From the IMG/VR virus record IMGVR_UViG_3300046002_006445, positions 1-24,544 of that record: a stretch of 24,544 nucleotides of DNA; one strand, 5' to 3'. Below the pieces are notes generated by a model, which saw nothing but the letters and a program-made list of their open reading frames with translations, made no database searches and was not told the DNA's origin. Origin of the DNA: a virus. Its lineage: Duplodnaviria; Caudoviricetes. Below, in pieces: positions 8,101 to 17,300 of this stretch. Each line of letters starts with the position of its first letter. Positions within the stretch are counted from its first letter, which is position 1. The position numbers and the translations under genes are program-made.

Positions 8101-9646
8101 TAAACGAACCATTACTGCAATATAAAGTTAAGTTTGGAGATGCTGATACTGAAGACTGTAAATAACCAGTTGCTCCACTACTATTGCCTTTAACAAAAGC
8201 AGGAGTGTTTAACGTAATTGTAGTTGAAATTGATACTTTTGTGTACGTTTGTATATCATATAAGAATAATTCAAATTTTGTGGTATCATTTGCATATCTG
8301 GAATCTTGAGATTTAAAATCATAAATTCTAGCAACACCAATTTCGTTACCACCAATTAAAAGACCATTTGCACCTACTCTGGCATCAACAAGTGATAATG
8401 TTGTAGTAGTTCCAAAACCGACAACTGGAGAACCTGTTACGTTATTAATGACAACCTTATTAGTGCTATTAAAAGTGAGAGAATATGTATCTACGCTATT
8501 AGAAGTTCTTGGCTTCTCTATATCAATAAAAGATGGCGAAATTTTCCCAATTTCATATCCTCTTACATAAGCTTTACCAGGAGACACCTGTAAAAGTGCT
8601 AAAGCTTCTGATGGAGAATTTCCTTCGGAAGTTTTTTGATTCTCAGTATAAATGCCACCGTTACCTTCATAATCATTTAGACTTTCTTTTGCAAAAATTT
8701 CAAAAGGATCTACAATATAATTACCAGATTCATCAAAAGTTCTTCTTGCCAATTCATCTCTGATTGTTGAACTTACGGTTTCCTGTGCAAATTGTTGAAG
8801 AACGCCATCAACAATACGCATAAGTTCAATGAAATTTTCATCATTAAAATCATCTAATGATTTTTTAACTAATGTTGTTGAAATTTTAAATCTGTCTGCA
8901 CCTGGAGCGGAGTAGTTAGAATATCCCTGAGCATTATCATATAATGATTCATCATCAAATGCAGTTACAAGCTCTTCATTAATTAGCAAACCAATTCTGT
9001 AACTTGGAGTATTGCCATATTGATCTAATACAATAGATTCACTTAATACTTTAACAAAATGACCTCTAATAAAATAGATACCTTCAGATATTGAAGCAGA
9101 AGAAGCTACTAAAGTTGCATTTTGATCAATACATGTAGCAAAAGCATTTCCAGCTTCAATAGTTAAAGTTCCAGTGTCAACAGCAGTTTCGGTGAGCAGT
9201 TGTTCACCATCAACAAATTTAGATCCTGTAAAATCTGAACTATTTGATTTTACATAGCGAACGTATAAAGTATTAATATTTCTATCAGATTCTGAATCTG
9301 TAATTGCATTAATTACGGTAGCAGTTACACCTGAAGTTGCCCCAACAATTGTATTACCAATCAACAGTTTAACATATTCCCTTAAATTAGCACCAAAAAA
9401 TGAAGAATTTAACTGAACGCATTCATATTGATTGTCATATGAAGTTTGTCCAGGGATTACTTTTGCCCCTTCTTTGAAAAAATGCTTTCCAAAACTTTCA
9501 ATTTGATTCTGAAGAATGGATTGTAAAGTTGTTAATTCCCTGGACTGAATTGCTGTTCCAGGTTTAAACAAAACACGCTTAAAATTTTTATCCTCATTAA
9601 AATCGTCAAAATATGGAGCTGTGTTGAGGTTGGTATTTTGTGGCAT
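2186..9646 (-). CDS. vrlC: VrlC-like / DUF4815-family large virion structural protein (2486 aa)
   Basis: The N-terminus MPQNTNLNTAPYFDDF...RVLFKPG..IQSRELTTLQSILQNQIE.FG.HFFKEG, the motifs APGADRFKI, LARRTFDESGNY, RYTMADITKLENR, DRFKSGFFVDNF, DPLAETF and GSLFKSQNGSTW, and the C-terminal PKIKEFRAIALA are hallmarks of this family. It lies downstream of gp8, as in T4-like cyanophages. Confidence 0.88.
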   Translation of the reverse strand: MPQNTNLNTAPYFDDFNEDKNFKRVLFKPGTAIQSRELTTLQSILQNQIESFGKHFFKEGAKVIPGQTSYDNQYECVQLNSSFFGANLREYVKLLIGNTIVGATSGVTATVINAITDSESDRNINTLYVRYVKSNSSDFTGSKFVDGEQLLTETAVDTGTLTIEAGNAFATCIDQNATLVASSASISEGIYFIRGHFVKVLSESIVLDQYGNTPSYRIGLLINEELVTAFDDESLYDNAQGYSNYSAPGADRFKISTTLVKKSLDDFNDENFIELMRIVDGVLQQFAQETVSSTIRDELARRTFDESGNYIVDPFEIFAKESLNDYEGNGGIYTENQKTSEGNSPSEALALLQVSPGKAYVRGYEIGKISPSFIDIEKPRTSNSVDTYSLTFNSTNKVVINNVTGSPVVGFGTTTTLSLVDARVGANGLLIGGNEIGVARIYDFKSQDSRYANDTTKFELFLYDIQTYTKVSISTTITLNTPAFVKGNSSGATGYLQSSVSASPNLTLYCSNGSFIQGETISVNGITSAPTVVSVRDYDFSDVKSVFSRVGINTFTADLELNNVQSISRQGTQFTITSAGAVTIGVTSAVSVGIKTGDIIRYTKTGNTYPTFNRVTAVSPAANSFTVAGITSVTNVCDGTLPGSTITANDLVIIKPSLINGSKSTLVTPLPNTDISNLNLVTSELKVKKTYTLSVSGSQASTTESDVNLFFSEFDVEDYVLTYSTGAVEPLRSGQVIFSNGNKTITLNQLSVATDSSAKLVATLSKINASSKQKILNRCSTIIISRSSNSASGLGTSSLNDGLTFNAIYGTRVQDPEISLNVPDVLRVHAIFESDDTSTPTLPSLTLVEISGSLLNAIVGDVIIGDESKAAARVVSTTASTINFVYITEKSFRIDESVTLKRSGITATISNVTDGDNNITENFTLDNGQRLEFLDYGKIIRKPSAQTPTKSITVVFDHYSIPAGDNGDFVSFSSYSSDLYTRDIPSLQSLRSTDAIDIRPRVVNYDPATDTLSPFEFNKRNFASSGTYSNSPIYPDSQIVFGYSYYLPRIDKLLLTKEGFFELRKGEPSLNPVAPIDLSSSLDIATIRLRPYVYNVKQDISVTPIRHKRYTMADITKLENRLSNVETYTSLSLLESETFNLSIKDSATGLDRFKSGFFVDNFKSHVGHLLSGNSSIDSLNGELRPAHYTTSLDLLIGSQSLVGIGSTANQNVDSRFVTDLQSPNIKRTGSLITLNYTETVAAQQRFATRTENINPFAVSTWIGNIELAPASDTWIAENRLSARNVDEEGSYNALLGALQADPNTGISPVDWGSWQEVWSGQTVVGNEVVRSETNTEQTGDSGWVNTGARRGNWPFLEQRRTQTLVDTTVNTNLITTRTDTRLTRQGVQFQVSPRVDRRSLGSSVVSRDIIPFLRSRNIEFVARRMRPRTQFYAFFDNVPMTSYCVPKLLEITMTSGTFRVGETVVGYVPGSTVRNTQNTLIRFRVAKSNHKYGPYDSPTQVFDVNPYEDTLTLAADYSATSTILNIDTFSLGAQSESNFYGQIVPRMVLIGQTSGAQASVRDLRLISDRNGTLIASLFIPDPASPTEPEFETGRKTLLLTANETNNPIPGSYNSQAEVVFTSSGELNTTQETVISTRNADIQRTQVSDTTTVSETVSTLSRSTSAQTRTVTNQNWYDPLAETFLVTDDGGVFMTSLDVYFATKDDNIPVTCQIRTTQTGQPTSTIIAFSQVTLESTQVTTSTDGTVPTKFTFPSPVYLEGNGREYAIVLLSDSNNYTVWISRMGEVDITTTNLSENQRVIVSQQPYLGSLFKSQNGSTWDASQLEDLKFVLYKAQFVTDPGIFKLYNPKLGIGNRQVPILRPQPVQTISKEVVVGLGSTVPSTFLTPGVTITQLNNTNTTGKLKSATGAIAINNTQALQVNNVGSGLTPSAGNFTYTGVNLSSISGVGTGAQMSISINSGNIGVITVTSGGRGYAVGDVLTARIGAVSENIRFNVGIVSALNQLTITNVQGNFDTVNQVAWLVGSGPNVGIASTLPAVPTTVTNASDKTGLYMKISHRNHGMHGRNNKVIISGAISDIIPVRLAQEYTNTTTTGLPVTNVGIFTSFENVGVSSTNPGYILINNEVISYTGTNASTSPQTLTGISRAIDNTVAQTHTVNSPVMKYELAGVSLRRVNTTHNFADVDVSNDIELDSYYVKINTTSTGLGTARDGSNGLPILAFSDTEQAGGRNVRATQNIQFETLTPNVQIMIPSTTQIATRVRTVSATSVDGTEISFQDNGYEPINLNAVNQFTTPRIICSEVNELDKLSSLPGNKSFTMEMTLSTQNRNVSPVIDLDRINVITTTNRIDNSITDFVGDNRVNSDLTDPSAATYVTKRVNLENPATSLDVRFAAFRDESNDIRVLYKLYRNDSPDVDQPYVLFPGYTNLGDGTPDTNIASSNNNEYRDYKFTVNNLPEFTGFTIKVVMTGTNQAFVPKIKEFRAIALA

Positions 9647-9650
9647 CTTC

Positions 9651-11282
9651 TTAGAATTCTAATACAATTTTAATGTCTTCTTTTTGGGTAGAAGATCTTG
9701 GAATAGCTGCTCTGTTATCTATATAGATCACTTCTCCAGAGTATTTTTCAACTTCTGGTGGAGCGACACCATCAATAAATCTCAATCCAAGAGGAACCAA
9801 TCTAGTATTTGCACCAGAACCAACTGTAGTTGCTGTTCCTGGATTTGCAGAGCTACCGAAACTAGTATCAATACCTAAATTGGATCCTACACTAGCACCA
9901 CTTACAATATAAGTTCCACCATAACCAATGGCGCTTGTAAAATCTGGTGTTCTAAAACCATATGCTGATAAACCTAATCCAACTGGTTGGTAATACTTAA
10001 GAACACCAGTAGAGTTATCCCAAGACGCTACAAGACCAGCAGCTGTGGAACCAATACCTGTAACTTGACTAATAACTGAATCAACTGAATATGTGGTGTC
10101 ACTAATATTTCCACCAGTTAAGCTCTTTAGTTTTAATCCACCAATCGCACTAACTTCTGATGTAGTTAGAAGTTGTGTTTTGCTTCCATACACTGTTGGA
10201 TTTTTAACAACACCAACTCTAGCAAAATCATTACCAACAATAAAGTCTGGGTTTGTTGATGTTGTTTCAAAACGAGAATAAACTAATACTCGATAAGCTC
10301 CCAGCTCTTTATAAACATCATATCCATGACCTCCTGTTGGCGGAATAACAACTTCAAAAGCTGCAACCGAAGTTGTTCCAGTTCCAACAGCACTTAATCC
10401 TGAAATGGATCCTCCAATCTCAGATCCAGGTGCTCCAGGATAAAATTCAATTCTACCTCTAGTATATCCCGTTCCACCATTAGTTACTTCTACATTAGAT
10501 ACTTTTCCAGAGTTATCAACTGTAACAGTTACCTTTGCTCCAGTGCCATCACCTAAAATAGGTACATTTTTAAATGATGTTCCGATAGGTTGATATCCTG
10601 CACCAGCATTACTGATGATTACAGTTTTAATTTCTCCGTCTATTGCGTTACTTTTAATTTCTGCAGTTGTACCTGATCCCCAATCTGATGGAACTGGAAT
10701 ATAATCAATTGAATCAAATTTTACAATATCACTTGGAGAAATAGTGTACATATATTTCCAAATATAACCATCTCCACTAGTTCCAGCAGCTCTTGGTTCC
10801 AAATCTGTAAAATCAGGTTCATCAATTGATGGTTTTCCTGAAGGAAAATCAGGAGAAGAACCATTGTTCAAACATACATAAACTTTAAAATTGCTATTGA
10901 CAATATAATAGTTTGCATCATATAATGAAGTAGCATTCGTAACTGGTGCTGGATTTGAATAATTATAATTATTTCTATACATGTCATAGGTTGTGCCAGC
11001 AACCCATTCTACCTTTCTAACCATTCTTCTCAAATCTGAAGAAGTAATCCTCTTCATAGCAATCATAGTATCATAATAATCATTTTGTTCCCTAAACATA
11101 TCTTTAGGATTTGGAACATTTGTATTCCAATCAGTAGTGCCAGATCCAGTTGTTGTATCTGTTGAATTTGGCAATCCTATAAAAGTATAGTAGACATTAG
11201 TAGTTGTACCAATGCCCGTAAAACTTTTTACAAAAGTATCAGCATTCAATATTCTAAATTGATCAGTAATAATAGCTGCCAT
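9651..11282 (-). CDS. gp8: Baseplate wedge subunit gp8 (543 aa)
   Basis: MAAIITDQFRILNA start; W.AGTTYDMY; YYIVNSNFKVYVCLNNG; DGYIWKYMYTI; C-terminal YSGEVIYIDNR..I.RS..QKEDIKIVLEF. All are characteristic of T4-like gp8. Synteny gp6-gp7-gp8. Confidence 0.93.
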   Translation of the reverse strand: MAAIITDQFRILNADTFVKSFTGIGTTTNVYYTFIGLPNSTDTTTGSGTTDWNTNVPNPKDMFREQNDYYDTMIAMKRITSSDLRRMVRKVEWVAGTTYDMYRNNYNYSNPAPVTNATSLYDANYYIVNSNFKVYVCLNNGSSPDFPSGKPSIDEPDFTDLEPRAAGTSGDGYIWKYMYTISPSDIVKFDSIDYIPVPSDWGSGTTAEIKSNAIDGEIKTVIISNAGAGYQPIGTSFKNVPILGDGTGAKVTVTVDNSGKVSNVEVTNGGTGYTRGRIEFYPGAPGSEIGGSISGLSAVGTGTTSVAAFEVVIPPTGGHGYDVYKELGAYRVLVYSRFETTSTNPDFIVGNDFARVGVVKNPTVYGSKTQLLTTSEVSAIGGLKLKSLTGGNISDTTYSVDSVISQVTGIGSTAAGLVASWDNSTGVLKYYQPVGLGLSAYGFRTPDFTSAIGYGGTYIVSGASVGSNLGIDTSFGSSANPGTATTVGSGANTRLVPLGLRFIDGVAPPEVEKYSGEVIYIDNRAAIPRSSTQKEDIKIVLEF

Positions 11283-11301
11283 ATTTTTATAGTTTTTTAG
11301 T

Positions 11302-11309
11302 TATTTATC
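11302..11309 (-). promoter_or_regulatory. T4-type late promoter (G)ATAAATA upstream of gp8
   Basis: Plus-strand tatttatc at 11302-11309 reads GATAAATA on the minus strand. It sits in the 30-nt gp7-gp8 gap, 19 nt upstream of the gp8 ATG, and matches the NATAAATA late consensus. Confidence 0.8.
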
Positions 11310-11312
11310 TCG

Positions 11313-14300
11313 TTATGTAAACTCTTCTTTTAAAGCGTTTATTCTTGTAATAACTGGAGCGGTTGATACTCCTGTTACTCCGCGACTTAAGTTTACTTTA
11401 AATTCTTCTGGATTAGTTCTAGTATTAAAGTTGTATAGTTTACCCCAAGAATATTCGGCACAATTTGCAAAAGATGTAGAACCTATTCCTGAAATTGATT
11501 GAACATTTGAAAATACAGTGACAATGCCAGAAACACCATCATTAATAATACCATCTGCACGATAAACATTATCTACAAAGGTAGATCCAATACCTAAAGT
11601 AGCTCCATTGTCTAATGAAGTAACTCCATTTCCAACACATGAATTTTTAATAATGAAGTAATCGCCAGTTGATATTCCACTTCTAGCAATAAATCCATAT
11701 TTGGTAACATTTAATCTATCGTCACAATCAAAATTAAATTTGAGCATTGGCGATGTTGTGCTTACACCTGTAGCACTAGTTCCAATTCCAGTAATAACAC
11801 CAAAATCACCAACAGCATCTACATTAGAAACAATTTCATATTTTGCAGATGGTGGTGAAATTAAAACCTGAACAGGAGCTGATGGGTTATAACCAAATCC
11901 ACCATCAACAATTGTTAAAGCTGAAATTGTTCCAGCAGCAGAAACAGTCGAGGTAAATTGTGCCCTATTTTTTTCTGGAGCAGAATATGCATAACTTGCT
12001 CCAGTTCCAACACCAATAATTCCAGATGGATAAGAAATAATTTTATTAATATTTGTAGTAATCGCAGCAAGACGCTTATTCCAGTTTATTCCATCGATTG
12101 AATTTAATACTAATCCATTTTCTCCTGTTATGACATAAACACCATCAGTGTGAATTATTGAATATAGTTCAACACTTGTGTTAGAAGTTGCAGTAAACCA
12201 AATATCTGCATTATAAGAATAAATGATAGTTCCATTCATACCAACAGCAATATACTTATCATTTACATAAGAAACTGCCATTAAGTTTTGTGTTGTAACT
12301 GAAGCTGAAGATGGAACTTCATTCCAAGTATAACCGTCAACTGTGGTGACTATTCTACCACCATTACCAACAGCAACAAATCCATTATTTGCATATGTAA
12401 TTGAGTTTAATGTATTTGTAATTGGAGTACTTCTAACAACCCAAGCAGTACCGATACCACTAGAACCATATGCAGAAACAATAGATGTGCCACCAGTTCC
12501 TACGGCAATAAAGACATCATTACCATATGCGACATCCTTTAAATCTCTAGTAAACGATGGAACCAAAATATACGAGAAATTAATACCATTATAAGTTCTA
12601 CTATAAAATACTGGAGAATCAAACCAAGACCCTTGAGATCCTAATGAAGAAACTACTGCTTCTGCATTATCACCGACGATAGCAAATTTATCACTACCAA
12701 AACCAATTGCGGTAAAATTAGATGGCTCTTCATTATATGTTGACCATGAAATTAAGTTTGTTGATGTTGAGATATATCCAGCATCACTAACTGCCACAAA
12801 TAATCCTTTTCCATACGCCAGATCTTTATATGAAAGTCCTGTGGATGTTATAATACCAACTGTCCAAGTTTTTCCTATTTCTCTTATTTGCGGAATTGTT
12901 GATGCCACACTAACAAGAGGAGCTGCAGAAGTTGTATAACCATATCCAGCAAATGTCAAGGCTACATTTTCAACAGTGCTTGCAGCAGATACAGTTGCAG
13001 ATCCAGTTGCCGCAGCAACATCTACCTCATCGACAATTAAAATCTCATTATCTTCTTGTAAATAATTGTCTAATTGTCTGAAGAATGGGAATGCATTTTC
13101 AATATAAATTGTTGAATCACTTGCAAGGATGTTTTTAATAATTCTAGAAGTTGGTTTAATTCTAGAAACATAATTTGTTCTAGCTTTAGACACAACTTCA
13201 TTATTAATAACTAAATCAGATGTTTGTTTAGTCCAATCAATAATTCTTCTAATTTCGGGTGATGTTGAGATACCAATATCAAAATAATTATTAGTTTGAA
13301 CCTGATCTCTCTTAGTAATTTCCTCAACAATTCTATTAAATTGATCTGGATATGGAAGGTTTTTATTTAACTTAATAAAATCTCCAACTTTAATAGTTTC
13401 ACTGATGTCTACATCAATTACATCTGCATCAGAACCTTTATAGAATAATATCTGGAATTTGCTTCCTGATGGAGGAGCTTCTGTAAATGTAATTTGTGTT
13501 CCACCAGTAAAGATGTAATCTCTTCCAGGCTGTTGAAGAATATCATTAATGAAGATTAAAAGATTGTTAGCTACATCAATTCCAGAGCCAGCACCAGCAT
13601 CAATACTATATGGGTTTGCAGTAATTACAGTTTTAGTTAATCGGAAGGTTTTTCTTACTCCATTAAAAGATTGTGAAATATCATCAAGTCTGTCTAATAA
13701 TCCAAAACTCCATCCAGAAAATTCGTTTGTAATAACATCAGATACTCTAAGGGTAAATGCACTGGTTCCAATTCCAGTTACTACTGGAACACCAGTAATT
13801 GTTAGAACATCATTTGGTTTGTAGCCATAACCTCTATTAATGATATCAAATAGTATTACACTTCTTCCTACACCAACCTGCACATTAACTTTAGCGCCAC
13901 TTCCAGAACCTCCAACGAGATTTAAATTTGCATATGCTGTAGGAACACCCACAGTTATAATTGGAGGGCTTGCTTGACTATACCCAGAACCACCATTAGC
14001 AATGGTTAACCCACTAATAACACCATTTGTAACTGTGGCAGTAATAGATCCACCACTTCCACCAACAGTGCTTGCGATACTAACAACTGGAGCACTTCTA
14101 TATCCAGAACCTGAAGTAGTAATTGCAACAGATTGAATTGTTCCACCAGCTGATACTGAACAAACTGCAAAAGCTTGCTCTAATGGTTGATAACCAGATC
14201 CAAAACCAGCTACAACTCTATCAATAACTCCACCTCTAGGAATAGATTCAACATCAGTTCCAGTAAATGTAATCGATGCCCCAATACCAGGAGAAACTCT

Positions 14301-17300
14301 TTGAGCTATTGTGTAATCAATTGTTGGTTGTTGATTGATATTATTAATAAGAACTATTCCATAATTTGAATTTCCACCAGTAATAATACCAGTTACATCT
14401 TGATTATTTTGTTGTAATGTGAATACTTTCTTAGAACCATTAAAATCGTTAGAAATATCATCAAAAATAAAGTTTTCTTTATAGTTGAGTCTATAGAATA
14501 TTCTACCTGTAAACGAAGAATTTGTAGAAATGCCAGGTTGTAAAGTGCTAACACCGACTGGTCCGTATGGTGGAGCAACAAAGTAAATAGTGCCATCATT
14601 GATGCTATAATCACCACCTAATACAGTTACAGCAGCCCCTACAGTATGTGTTGTCTGTGGAGTACCAAAAACACCTCTAGAAACTGTAACAACGTTTGTA
14701 GAACCAAATCCAACTACACTGGCTTGTAGTATTTCAGAATCAACTTGAAGTAAAGTATTTGTTGCGATTGAAGTAATACCAGTTAATGTGATCGTTGTTG
14801 CTGCAGCGCCAATGTTACTAGCTAATGCGGTTGAGACTTTCTTTCTATACAAAGGACTCTGAATTATATTATCAATTGTAATCACTGCACGAGTATTGGC
14901 TACGTTAAAGTTAGTTGCTAATCTATGTGTTTGACCAGCACCAACCGTAGAACCTACACCAGAGAAAGCTGCAAAAGTGAAGAAAATATTATTGGTTGTG
15001 GCATCTGTCTTAATTCCAGAAAGCTTAATAATATTTGAATTTACCTTATAGGCAAATACTGTAGTTGGAAGTTTTGTTGTAGTGACACCAGTAACTGTTC
15101 TATTTGTAGATGCAATTGAGATGAAAGATCCTCCTGGACCTGGGTTATATACTAATTCTTCTCCTGTGCTAAAATCGTGCCCTGGAATAAACAAGGTGCT
15201 ACTACCAGCTGAAACTACAGATAAGTTAGTAGAATCAAAAGTTTTCTTAAGTAATGCATTTCCTTGGCTTGTTAGGGAGAATGATGTTACTCCAACAGTA
15301 GTTCCAAAACTACCAATACCAGTAAATTGAGAACTAATATCATCAATTTTTAAAACTTTATTGGTATTACAAATAGAGTAATCAGTAAGTTTATTGTTTG
15401 CAAAATTTACAAATTTAGAGACTCCAAGAAAAGTTGCTTCTTCTGTGCCAAAATCAAATCCAAATCTTGTGTACATTGATGCAACGTTATCAATGGCAAC
15501 AATAGTAGTAATTTCAGAAGATCCAATGGATACTTTTAAGTTATCACTTCTGGCAATTCCCGCCAAAGATTTGCTATTCAATACTAAATCACTAAAGTTT
15601 TTAAATCCAACTGAATGCACTAAACTATTAACTGGCTCTTCCCAAGTTGATTTTGGAACTGTACTCTTAATTGAATATGAGAAGTTTTGATAATAATCAC
15701 TATCTTGAATTTTTTGTAATGAATTATTTAAAATACCAGAATCACTTAGCCATGTTGAAGCGGCATTTAAAGTAATTGTAGAGTTTGTGCTATAATTAGA
15801 ATCATTTGTAATGATTTCTTCAATTTCTCCAACAGAACCAGATACAGCACCAGAAACAATGTCACCCAATGAAGGATTAATGCCTCTACCTGAAATTTTT
15901 AAAATTCTTCTAGTTCTATCCCAGCCATTTAATCCAATTTTAGAAGAACTTTGATTAACTAGTACTTTTTCTTCACTATAAAAATCTGTAGGTTCTACAA
16001 TTGCATCAAATATTGCTAAATCTGAAGTCTTAATAACTCTACCAGCACTATTAGTAACATCAAATGTTCCAGCAGTTGTACCAATTCCAGCAATTGAATA
16101 AGTAATACTTTCAGAGCCTAAAGTAGTAACTCTTTGAGTAACAGTAAAGTTTCTGTAACCATAATCTTCCGAATTATATCCACTACCAATAGTTCCTGTG
16201 CTACCAAGACCTACAATACCTTCAACAAACACATTATCACCAATTTGGAATGGGAATGATGTAAAACCATTTGTAGGGGCTTTTAAAAGAAGAGTTACAT
16301 CAGTTCCACTACTATAACCATCTATTACAGCAACGCCATTGCTATTAAAAATAGGAATAATTTCAGGTCCAATTTCTGTTAGTCCTCCAGAATTATTTAA
16401 AATAGTCACAGACGTTACTGAATTGCCAGTAACCTTTGATTCTAAAATAATGGTATCATTTCCAATAACTTTCAGTTTGGGTGGAGTAGTATAATTTCTT
16501 CCACCACTTAAAACTTGTACTGAAGCTAATCTGTTATTATTTTTAATTCTTAATACAATAGGTGTATCTGCCTTTGGAGAAATAGTTTTGTCAGTAGGAT
16601 AATCATACCCAGGAAGCGACAAGCTAATAGTTTTAATTTTACCAATTGTGTCAGAATATGCTCTAACTAACCCACCTGTACCAGAATCTGTGGTAATTGT
16701 GCTAATTCCAGGAATAAATTTGTAACCAACTCCAGCAAAATTAACCTTAACATCAGATATACCGCCAGTTGCTGTTGCTGATGTTGTTACATATGAAGTC
16801 GTAGTAACGCCGCTTGGAGTATATGAATTTGCTTCTGGCAATTCATTCAAATTAAAGAAAATAGTGCTGTTTCCAACCGAAACAATGTCAAATGCTCCTT
16901 TATACGCACTATTACGAATTGTAATTTTTCCTGCGTTTGGATTATCTTTGTCTACAGTTAATCCTAAGGCATTATTATTGATACTAGATATTCCAACAGG
17001 AATTGCACGATAATAAATTGTGTCTGGAATAGTATCATCAATAATTAAAGTAACTTTTGTATTTGCAGATCCATCACCAGGAGAACCAGCTCTAATTACA
17101 TTTTGTTCATAATTTGGATTAGTAAAATCTTCACTGTCGTAGAATACAACTTTTAAATTTTGTAAAGATGCATCAGAAATTGCAAACCCAACTGTGCTAT
17201 TTCTAATAAAGTTTAACTTTGGATTGATTGGTGATAAAGTTTGTGTTGCAGAACCAGAAGAATTAAGTGGTAATTCAATATAATTTGTTCTTGTGGCATT

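Noticed and set aside
2186-9646. Bacterial virulence locus (vrl) interpretation
   Set aside because: The context is a phage baseplate operon with T4-type late promoters; the name is historical.
11982-12866. Ycf48/Hcf136 photosystem II assembly factor as an auxiliary metabolic gene
   Set aside because: Only the generic blade pattern is shared. The domain is embedded in-frame in a baseplate protein with no signal peptide.
7690-14617. Nested minus-strand alternative-frame ORFs 7690-7872 (Q/L-rich) and 14393-14617
   Set aside because: Their composition is the frame-shifted shadow of Thr/Ala/Val codons, and I saw no independent evidence of expression.
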